In this document: positions 1 through 9,179 of the stretch, piece after piece
Layout: each line of letters starts with the position of its first letter
How positions within the stretch are numbered: the first letter of the stretch is position 1
Origin: Spizellomyces punctatus DAOM BR117
Lineage: Eukaryota
Length of the DNA stretch: 64,000 nucleotides
Reading direction: 5' to 3' (one strand)
NCBI GenBank assembly: GCA_000182565.2
Contig: KQ257455.1
The notes under the pieces: model-generated
What the model saw: only the letters and a program-made list of their open reading frames with translations
Database searches by the model: none
Told to the model about the DNA's origin: nothing
Program-made: the position numbers and the translations under genes

Positions 1-60
1 TCTAATTCTTTCACATAGATGAATGACATAAGAGGTCAACCTTTATCCCGACTGACGATA

Positions 61-1028
61 TCAATATCCATAATGGCGTGGTGGTTGATATCCGCTGTTA
101 CTTCCTCCATAGTCGGATCCTGGGGGCGGAGGGTACGCAGCCGGACCAGGATACGCTGCATACCCACCATACTCTGATGGTGCAGCATGCGACTGGTATG
201 TCGCATATGTGGCAGGCATGGTGTACTGGCCGCCGTAATCCGACCTGGCGCCATACTCTGTCGCTGCATAGGCAGTTGGAACAGGAGACGGTCCCCTTCC
301 ATTAGTATGGTTGAGTTCCATGAGGAAATTTGAGCGAGGATCTTTCTCGCCACTCCCGCCAGCAGAAGTGGAGTTGATTGGCCGGGAGGATGCATTAGAA
401 CTGAGCGTATTTCCGTACTCGCGGGTCATCATTCTCTTACGGAAATCACCAGACGGTGCCAGGGTTGCTTTACGGAAGACATAGATTCCAAGAACCGCAG
501 CTCCAATGGCTCCGCCTACGATACCGATGGATAAGAGGGAAATCTTGGTTGTTGACGAACTCTTGGTCTCTGCGGTCTGAGCGCCAGCTGTAGCGGTTGC
601 GACACTGGTCGCTGTGTCAGTCACGGCCAAGGTTGGAGTGGCCCTGGAACGGGTAATGATTTGGGTGACCGGCGGAAGAGACGTGACTGGGGTAGCAGAG
701 GAGATGGGCACTGAAACTGAGGGGACAGAGGTCTGAATTGCGGAAGTCACAATGGAACTCGGAATCGGATCAGTGGTCGAAGAAACGGACGGGATCGTCG
801 CTGGCGATGAAATCGTTGCCGTTGTTGTTGATGAAGAAGCCCCACGACCACCGCCAAAGATATCTGTTGAAAACAACTTGGTTCACACTTCCTGACCGTC
901 GAGAGCAAAGATATGCGCAGATACCCACCAGTAAAGATATTTCCCAGCTGAGGGTCTGCCCTCACATGGACACTGCCCACCGACAAAACCAGGGCTACCC
1001 AAGCCAACAAAGCCATTCGTCGAGCCAT
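61..1028 (-). CDS. Single-pass Ser/Thr-rich cell-surface protein (Mid2/Wsc-like architecture), 2 exons
   Basis: Signal peptide MARRMALLAWVALVLSVGSVHVRA; GT-AG intron 928-864 joins in frame (NIFT-DIFGG); S/T-rich ectodomain, TM helix LLSIGIVGGAIGAAVLGIYVF followed by RK, Tyr/Pro-rich tail. Confidence 0.75.
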
Positions 1029-2571
1029 ACCGATAGCGGCTCGTTGTCGGAGTCGCAAGGACATGGAGCGCGTAGGCTAAACCAACAAGTGTGCAGGGCA
1101 AGCAAGCAAGATACACCCCCGTCGTAGTCAACCTTGTTTCTTCAAGAGTCTGTTCTTGTTCAAATCCCTAGTTCCGTTCAAGCAGATGGGAAAGCTGATG
1201 GCCGTGAAGCCCGTTGGGAAAAAAAAGAAGGTTAACCCTTATTCCTTCCGTTCCCTCCAACGTACTTTTAGTTGCCGCAAAAAACGCGAAATGGCCGTCA
1301 GGCTCCTCCCTTTTCTGGGAAGGAGGTAATATGGCACAGTCATGCTATAATTAAACGGCCATATGAAACCAATAGTTTCAGATTCGAATCATGTCACGTG
1401 GCTATAAGTCTGATTGGAATCAGATTGAATGGATTACACTGCCTCCCGTCTTGTCCAATGTTGGAACACTTGCACACTTGCGATGGAGGGATTTGGAACG
1501 TCTTGTGCGATAAAGGTGCTGCTGATGAGCTTTCGACCAAGAGCTTTGTGTCCATCAAGAGTAGGCATAAAACTGCAATATTCATACCCTCCAGCGCACG
1601 ATTTGGCCCATGTAATTGAAACGATAATCATGTTTTGAAATGCCAACATCCAAGTAAATGTTACGCCTCAAGATATATATTCATCAAATCATCTAGTTAC
1701 TTTGATACATCCTGGCAACTATTTCACTAATGACATTGTCCCATATCCTTCGTGGTCCCTACATGTATCCTGCAATCGCTGCCCTAATCCTCACCCACCA
1801 CCGGCTGAACCTGATCGAAAGTGTCCGGCGGGGCTTTGATGACCGAGGGGTGTCTTGTCTATCATGTTGCGGCGGAATGGTTCCTCATCGTAGTCAACGA
1901 CATGTTATTCGTACCTTAATGCTGCTAGGTCCTGTGGAGACGCTGTGCGATGCTGTGTGAGAAGAACTCTGGTTTGAACGGCTGGCATTAAGGCAGTAGT
2001 CTTACGCTGCTAAAGGAAACCCTGGGTTCTGCCAGACTCATGAGGACAGTCGTGCCAGGTAAGTGACAGGAGTATGTGTTGTGCTGATTGTTGTGCTGAT
2101 ATTCCCCGTTGTAAATCACGGCGTAGTTGTCGTGTCCAGAAATTGACATATCCTCGAATACTCGCAAAACTACCAAAAGAGGTTTGTTTACAAAATTACT
2201 AAAAAGCTTATAGAATATGATGTGTTTGGACTTACCTTTGTACGCATCGTCACTGAACTCGTAATTGCCGTCGCCAGAATTTTGCGTATCCTGGTAAACC
2301 GTTGCTTCTCTTCGGAATGTAACCGTTCACATGGAATGGAAAAGGGCGGATTTCTTGAGGGGAGGGGAGCCATGCTGTCATGATAGACAAGATGGGAACT
2401 GTGCGAATGGAAGAACGGGGGATGGTTGGGGGGAGTGGGGATTAAATCGACGGTGGAAGAGACACTGTGGGATGCGGGGAGATTCAGCCTCACCCGGTAC
2501 CTTCCGCATAAAAGGGAAAATGCTTTGCATTCCAACGTAACTTTTTGAGAGACCATGTCGCGCTTTGAAAG

Positions 2572-2705
2572 CCCCCCCCCCCCNNNNNNNNNNNNNNNNN
2601 NNNNNNNNNNNNNNNNNNNNNNNNNNNNNNNNNNNNNNNNNNNNNNNNNNNNNNNNNNNNNNNNNNNNNNNNNNNNNNNNNNNCCCCCCCCCCCCCCCCC
2701 CCCCC
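2572..2705. other. Assembly gap (N run) flanked by poly-C
   Basis: N run with C homopolymers on both sides. Confidence 0.95.
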
Positions 2706-3461
2706 TATCGTCATGCGGTCAACATTCCTGATACTTCTTGTAAACTAACCGGGCTGAACCACCTAACGATTTGTGCCTTCCGATTGGGACAACTCACATG
2801 CATGAAGCATGAATGTTTTACTTTTTTTTCCGGTTTTGCTCGAAATCTCTGCAGGCAGGTTGTTATTTGACAGCCTATTACTTGGCGAGTCAGGCGAACG
2901 TCCACATTGCGCATGGCTTGACCCCTTTTTTCTTTTTGCTGAGTCGGCCGACAGCATGGTACCATTGGTCATAATGTTTGTTTAATGATAATCATTCTCA
3001 TGTCTAAGGCGTGATGGAACATTGTCATCTGGTGAGGCAGGATGAGGAACGATACCAGAGTGAGCCCACCGTGCGTGCAATGCACTTGAACAAAAGACCT
3101 GAAAAATAATAACACAAAACGCAAATACAGAAGATGCGGAAGTTATATTCCGTGGATGCACTTCTCTATATCCTATATTATGTGTATGCCCCGGTCAAAA
3201 GTCTTTTATTTTCACCACATGTAGCCAGGATTTTTAAACCACTTTGAGATCAAACATGGGAAATTGCCACATATAACTGCCCAATGTGTACACCTACATA
3301 CTTGACTTTTGTTGATTATATATAGCAGAGATATAGGGAAAGAAAGGCAGCGGGCCAGGGTATTTGCGATGTGTGTATGGTGGCATCCTGATTCAACACG
3401 CTCACCGTCGTGTCAGTCCTGCATTTAGTCACGTGAGTACTTGCTGTCAACGAGTGCATCA

Positions 3462-4217
3462 TAGTGTGGAGGCGATTGAAAATGGCACTAGGACCCGTTA
3501 TTATCCGGATGAATCCGGTTAATCATATCGCATAATCAGAACCCCCCTCTATCGCTCAGATTGGTGTGGCATGTATTGTAATGTTTTTTTTTAAACTGCG
3601 GTGAGGCGCATGCCAGAGGTCTATAGAAGGGGGGCCTTTTCCCTCTTTCCTCTTTACCCATCCTTGACTCGAAGCATCTGTGCAGCGCTCATTGCGACCC
3701 ACATTGCAACCTCATAGCGACTCACACAACCTCATCGCGACTCGGCCAACCATGAGAACGCCGATGTGGTGGTGTCGAGGACCTTGACCGCCCGACAGCA
3801 ACCATGACCAGAACCAGTGGCAACCAATCGGATCTGATAACAAAACCTACTATTATGCTGCCACATTAGTTGAGCTTGGCTGGTATGTATCGATGGCATT
3901 TCTTGCATTTCTTGTCATTGGGTCATCTTCTGACATGCAGTTTTTTTCTCTAGTCTCCAAGCCTTGTCACTGAACATCCTCCACCTTGCGAGTCTCCCCA
4001 ATGTTGCGAAGACTCTGGCTTCAATGCCATCAAGAGTTCTGGATCAAGGCCTAGTAGGGACCGCATGTGGTGGTGGGCAGTTATCCGGTTAGAACCAACC
4101 GTTACGTATTGCGTGTATAATTGCGTAGTAGTAGCTTAGTTAGCTTTTCCGAACCGGTTGTCGCCGGTTTATTCCCTGGTGTAGTAGCTAGTGCCATTTT
4201 CTGTCACCTCTACACTA
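3462..4217 (+). mobile_element. Non-autonomous Spu-1-like TIR element (Fanzor 'ghost' locus, no Fanzor ORF)
   Basis: Left end TAGTGTGGAGGCGATTGAAAATGGCACTAG (3462-3491) matches the reverse complement of the right end 4188-4217 (TAGTGTAGAGGTGACAGAAAATGGCACTAG) at 26/30; TA at both ends; CATA at 3460-3463. Confidence 0.9.
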
Positions 4218-4232
4218 AGATACAAGTACTCA
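4144..4232 (+). ncRNA. Fanzor1 omegaRNA (scaffold ~4144-4217 plus ~15-nt guide from the flank)
   Basis: TTTTCCGAACCGGTTGTCGCCGGTTTATTCCCTGGTGTAGTAGCTAGTGCC...CTACACTA closely resembles the SpuFz1 omegaRNA as I recall it; stem AACCGG 4152-4157/CCGGTT 4164-4169; pairing GGTGTAG 4178-4184/CTACACT 4210-4216. Confidence 0.85.
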
Positions 4233-4536
4233 AGCAAAACAAACTCGCATTTACTCAGATCAACAAATGTGTTTCATATGGAACCGTTTCAAATTCCATA
4301 ATGGATGTCTAATGTCGGAATGTTCTATCTGTTCGAGAAACTGCACCTTGGAGAGCTAGTATGTTACTCGGATGATGATGATGAAATTGAAAGAGCTTTC
4401 TCTGAGATTGCTTAGTTTCTCCACATCGAGCGGAACTTTCTAATGCTACGTCATGGCCTAAACCAGCAGGTGCATGCGTGGTTATGGCAACCGGTAATTT
4501 GTATCCGCTGGGTGAGCTTCTAAACCTGGCGAGACA

Positions 4537-5382
4537 ATGGACATAGCCGAGGTTCGGGACAAGGTATTTGGGTACCTTTCTTATGTAGAACTCAAGCGCC
4601 TAGCTACGACTTGCAGAACATGGAAGACCTCCTCTGATTACGCTGCTGAAAAATTGCAGTGCATCCTTTCTTTTGAAGGACGCAAAGCATTGACTCTGTA
4701 TCTGTCCCGCACAAACTACAATGAGGGAGGCGAATGGAAACATTACATTCCGCAAACCCCTGTAAAGGTAGATTGGAACTTTTTGTCAGTGCACATCAAG
4801 TTTCCCAATGGACGGGAGATCACTGGCATCAAGTTTCCCAATGGGCGGGAGATCACTGGACCGAAATTCGAGATCCTTCGGACTTATCCGTATGTCAGCC
4901 TGCGCATGGGCGGTGAAGAAGTCGGTAACATATCTGTCATTTTGGAAGACAGCTTTCGCTTGCGCTGGAAAAGATGGAACATGCACGACCTAACTATCGC
5001 GGCCCCTGGTAAAGCATTCTACTCGCCCGAATTGACAGCTGTTTACGACGAATGCCCAAAAGACGGCAAGACCATGGATGTTCTCATCAGTCCGGGAGAC
5101 AACCGGTACATCAATCTCCTCGCTAGTGGATCGATGGAGGTGATGGACAGGCTTTCCAGTTACCATAATTTGTTGAATTTGGTCAGCCACTTGGAGCTCA
5201 TGAAAGCCTCGGACGATGCCATTCGGCGCCGGAAGACGCAAGCAGTAGAAGACCTCATGAGGCCTAATGATCGCTTGGGTGCCGCGATACGTCGATACTT
5301 GCAGTGTGACGTTGGAAGTGCAGTAGATGTCTATGATACGTTGTCTAAATGGAGGACTTCGGGATTAAACACCATGAATTGA
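4537..5382 (+). CDS. Intronless 281-aa protein with N-terminal F-box-like motif
   Basis: AEVRDKVFGYLSYVELKRLATTCRTWK fits the F-box pattern; long uninterrupted ORF. Confidence 0.6.
   Translation: MDIAEVRDKVFGYLSYVELKRLATTCRTWKTSSDYAAEKLQCILSFEGRKALTLYLSRTNYNEGGEWKHYIPQTPVKVDWNFLSVHIKFPNGREITGIKFPNGREITGPKFEILRTYPYVSLRMGGEEVGNISVILEDSFRLRWKRWNMHDLTIAAPGKAFYSPELTAVYDECPKDGKTMDVLISPGDNRYINLLASGSMEVMDRLSSYHNLLNLVSHLELMKASDDAIRRRKTQAVEDLMRPNDRLGAAIRRYLQCDVGSAVDVYDTLSKWRTSGLNTMN
4794..4859 (+). repeat. 33-bp in-frame tandem duplication (IKFPNGREITG x2)
   Basis: CATCAAGTTTCCCAATGG(A/G)CGGGAGATCACTGG twice with one mismatch. Confidence 0.95.
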
Positions 5383-5394
5383 ACAAATGCGTGT

Positions 5395-5496
5395 AGTCAT
5401 GGTAACGATTACCACATCATTGAGCTGCTGTTGAGTTAGTGGTTCAGCTGTAAGTCATGGTAACGATTACCACGGCATTGAGCTGCAGTTGAGTTG
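5395..5496. repeat. Direct repeat with 58-bp period, each copy containing a TGGTAA-CGA-TTACCA hairpin
   Basis: AGTCATGGTAACGATTACCAC..CATTGAGCTGC.GTTGAGTT at 5395 and 5453. Confidence 0.85.
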
Positions 5497-5624
5497 TTCT
5501 GTTGATTTGTCAAAAAAACCCAAGTTGCTCAAATTACTAGACAAGTATCCCGACAAACCATTGGTTCTCCTTGAGTAGGCATCCCCGTGTCACCACGGAA
5601 TACGTCGGATGCAACAAGGAATTT

Positions 5625-5888
5625 TCAAAGTAACCCGATACTGGTCACTTGAAACTGGTCTGGACGTTTGTGCAGGAGTGAACAAAGAGTGTCGAAATCA
5701 CCATCAACCGCGTCGATGGTGCGCAAAGAAATCTTCCTCGTTTGTGGCGGATAGTAAGAGCGTCTGTAGTGAGATTGTTTACCATTGATCTCGTCTATTT
5801 CAAATTCTGCAGTAGGATACTTTTGCTTCAACTGAGCATAGGTTCCTCTGAACCCAAAGTCTGTGAAGAATTGGTGCATTCTATCCAT
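5625..5888 (-). CDS. Small intronless hypothetical protein (87 aa)
   Basis: ATG start in AAAATG context, protein-like composition, lies in a compact ORF cluster. Confidence 0.45.
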   Translation of the reverse strand: MDRMHQFFTDFGFRGTYAQLKQKYPTAEFEIDEINGKQSHYRRSYYPPQTRKISLRTIDAVDGDFDTLCSLLHKRPDQFQVTSIGLL

Positions 5889-5996
5889 TTTAGTTGACGT
5901 CGTCTGAACGCAAGCTAATCGACCTTTTCAGGGTACAACAAGATATTGTTGATGAAAATTCCTGCCACACTAGGTGTCCCATTTTGAATGTAACAA

Positions 5997-6248
5997 ATGT
6001 ACTTTTTTTCGACACAGAGAACAGGAATCATGTGTTATATACTTGTTTCCATCTTGAACTTTATTGTGGACGTGATTGTAAATATAGCCACTTTGATTGT
6101 GGAAATTGTCACGTTCCCCTTTCGGTTGCTTGCCGACTGCTTTGCCCGGTGCAGGAACGACCACGAGAACACGTCGATGGGGCTGGAATTGGAGAAGACG
6201 CAACTACTTTGGATCGAGAAAGGTGAGAAGTACGAAAATTTAGACTGA
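5997..6248 (+). CDS. Small hypothetical membrane protein
   Basis: Hydrophobic stretch CYILVSILNFIVDVIVNIATLIVEIVTFPF; 3' end overlaps the convergent ORF 6240-6620. Confidence 0.4.
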   Translation: MYFFSTQRTGIMCYILVSILNFIVDVIVNIATLIVEIVTFPFRLLADCFARCRNDHENTSMGLELEKTQLLWIEKGEKYENLD

Positions 6249-6620
6249 GATGACACTAAGCGCCGCTTTCATGGAACTGAGGAATGAGACGCCATTGCTC
6301 TTATCCATTTGGGCCAGATACGTCGTACCAGCCAAGATACTTGAACGTGGCAATACATTTCGAATGTCATTCACAGCATCATAGAACAAAGGATATTGTG
6401 CGCCAAGTAGTTCTACCATGGCTGGTAATCTATTGATGACAAGCGGGGTATTCCGTACCATGCATTCAAGGACCGTATTCACTGCCGTTGTTGCATCAAA
6501 CAAGTTCAAGAACACAATGTTCTGGGTCAACAGCTTGTCATAGTCAGCATCCTGCAGAGTCGGTATGATAACGACACTCTGGTCAATGCCTTCCAAGATA
6601 CCCAAACGTATGTAGATCAC
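6240..6620 (-). pseudogene. 5'-truncated giant-virus/bacterial-type glycosyltransferase-like protein fragment
   Basis: Motif YDKLLTQNIVFLNLFDATTAVNTVLECMVRNTPLVINRLPAMVELLGAQYPLFY, which I recall from NCLDV and cyanobacterial hypothetical proteins; no ATG at the 5' end; intronless. Confidence 0.65.
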
Positions 6621-6705
6621 ACACTAAAAGTTTTTCGGTGAACTTTTGGCGAACTTTTGACTTTTTTGCTTAGTGTTGGTAATGACAATGACCAGTCAAA
6701 ATGCG
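6618..6705 (-). ncRNA. Candidate omegaRNA scaffold / element 3' end (distal)
   Basis: On the minus strand, an 8-bp stem UUUUGACU/AGUCAAAA whose loop contains ACACUAA complementary to terminal UUAGUGU; also an AAAAGUU/AACUUUU hairpin; lies downstream of the Fanzor gene. Confidence 0.45.
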
Positions 6706-7085
6706 TGTAATACAAATAATGGATTTCATGGGGGTTGAGATCGTCTTTCAATGCAGTCAGATTTGATTTCCTTTGTCGCTCAATCGGAATATTTGAAGCA
6801 GGATAATGGAAATGACACATACAAAGGATGAATTGTCAAGTTCTCAGCTCCAGGCGATTTGTGATCTGGAAATGACATTTTTAGTACAACAGAATGGGCC
6901 GAAAGGGTTACTTCGACAAAGGTAAAAAGAACTTTTCAAACGTTTTTAAAAGTTTCTCCAGATGGACCAAATTATAGTACACAGGACAAAAACACTGCAA
7001 CTACGTCTTGCGACAGGAGGCGAAGTTAATGCGCCACCCCTAAGCCACTAAGCCTTTTTTTTAACTAACTAAGCTAAGTAAGTAA

Positions 7086-9120
7086 TCACGGTCTTGTGTA
7101 GATGGGGAGTTCATGATGCTGAACAATATTCAGGGTGTTCTGAAGAATGAGGTGTACAGCGGCTATGTTCCTGAAACCAAAAAATACCAACGATTACAGG
7201 TTGACCGACGAAATCAAAATTTCTTTTCTCCTACCGCTCGTAAAACTTGTCACGACCACCGTGAGCTTCGGTATTTGAACAAGCGCTCACCCTCCACACC
7301 TCTCGACCTTCTTCCACTTCGTGTCGCTTCACCTTTTTATGGCATGTTGGACACACTTGGCTGGAGTTAAATTCGCGCCAGTAAGAAAGCTCAGCCTCAC
7401 CCATCGATCGAGGTGGTTGCGGACGCCCCTTCTGAGGAGTTTTTCGAAACGCCCTTGGGGCTCGTCGCGCTGCCCGGCATGTTGTGGTGGAAATCACCGT
7501 CGCCCCAAATAACGACAAGATCGTTCATTGGAACTCCAGCAGGAAAGAAGCGGCGTAAGAATTCTCCCTCGGCTCTCTTAATACAGATGTGTCGGTCTAG
7601 TCTGAGTCGGCGTACTTTTCTCAGGCCCGTGAACTTCAGTCGCTTCGCCAATGTTCGATAGGTAAAGGCAACAAGTTGAGCATACTCAGCGGCACTGCAA
7701 CGTCGGCTATAGTTTTGAGCATCCTTGTAAATTGACTTGATACCATATCGAGGATCTGCTTGCCATTTCTTACGCCACAACTCCCGTTTCCGCTCTCCTG
7801 TAATCTCCCGCCGATATCTTCTGCTGAAGAGCGCGAAGTGTCCATAGCTACTTCGTTTAGGCTTTTGACAACTCGCTTGTGGCCAGAACTGACCCCTTTC
7901 TTGCTTGCGTCTGCCACGCCACCTTGCATTTCGCTTTATACGTCTTTTCCTTCCTCGCGGTTTCGACTTCCTTTGTACCCAGCGTCTTTGCTTTCGGAAG
8001 CGATGGTGCTGACTACGATTCAGATAATAGGGTTGGTATTGAACTTGTCCATCCACGAGGTGCGAACCGATTTGGTAATAGCCAGCAGCAATGATAGGAT
8101 CTTTGTTCGTATCCACCGAGATGATCACTTTGTTCAGTAGGTTTTCTGGGCGAACTTTTGAAAGCTCTGATAGCGTGGACGGGCGGATTCCAGAAACTTG
8201 ATTGACAGATTCCCATTGTTCATAAGCTTTCCGGCGCGTACGATTCATGGTATTCACCAGCACCCCTGCACAGACACCGTCCGTCAAAATCATGTAGTGG
8301 AAGCTCCGGTCAGTATAGGCCCGCTCTGGATCAGGGACTACCTTTCCCACATCGAAGACGCTGCTCCAGACCTTTCGCCAGTGTTCTTGACCTTTTCCCC
8401 TCGTCCCCACCAGTCCACCAAGGCCCAGACTATCCAGCGTGATCGGTTGCCATGCGTCGCCAAATTCAGGGAGCAGAGGAAAGTCGTCAACGAGGCGACC
8501 ACCTCGGTAGTCCGTCTTTGCGAGATCCTTTTGCTCATCCATGCTCTTCCCCTTCAATAGCTCGCGCCAACTGTCCCTCTCCTGCTCAAAGCGCTTACGA
8601 ATCCGGTAGAGAAGATCAAAGTATTGCCCCCAATGCTCGTAAATGTCCTTTTCTTTGAGCGATATGCCTAGAAGAAAATCTCTTTTCGCCTCCTCAAAAG
8701 CTTCGGTGCTGACGGTTAACATCTTGCGCACGGATGCCTTTTGGACGTAGTGTTCTTTAGCGAATTTGCCCAGCGAAGGCAAGGAAACGTTTTGTTGTCT
8801 AATCGAATGTCTAATATATATCGACATTCCTATTATATATGTATATACATTGATATTTGTATATGTGTGTGCAGATTCTTTGCAATTCTGCCAATTACTG
8901 ACTGCATTTTTCCTACCATACTCACCTTGATCCATAGTGCTGTTGTCGTCGCCGTCATCAGATTCTTTCACTCTCCTCCTCCTCCACAGCCGCGCTCTTG
9001 CGCCATAGTGTGCTGCAGAGAATATATCAACTTTTAATCGGAATAATTCGATTTACCTTTCACTCTGATGGCGTGCAAACTTGCCCCCATATTTTGATAA
9101 TCTTTTCCACCTTTTGAACC
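7086..9120 (-). pseudogene. Fz1: Fanzor1 (eukaryotic TnpB-derived RNA-guided nuclease), intron-containing and frame-disrupted
   Basis: FPLLP..ITLDS, FHYMILTDGVCAGVLV, RuvC-I ISVDTNK (D 8111-8113), LVVIWGD, RuvC-II REFNSSQVCPTC (E 7372-7374), SACSNTEAH; after intron 7234-7171 it reads YERNIAAVHLI...RP-stop (7086-7088). Frame changes at ~7395-7460. Probable further introns at 8925-8830 and near 9015-9055; 5' end uncertain. Confidence 0.88.
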
Positions 9121-9179
9121 TTGATCTATGAACGCAATGGAGCAAAGTTACATCGGAATGACTGTAAAAGCAGCAATGT

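Noticed and set aside
2490-2870. ORFs with poly-G/P and X runs
   Set aside because: Artefacts of translating through the N gap and poly-C
5395-5496. CRISPR-like repeat-spacer pattern
   Set aside because: Only two copies, a short spacer, a eukaryotic host and no cas genes
6618-6635. CACTA (EnSpm) terminal inverted repeat
   Set aside because: No matching inverted end or EnSpm transposase found on the other side of the Fanzor
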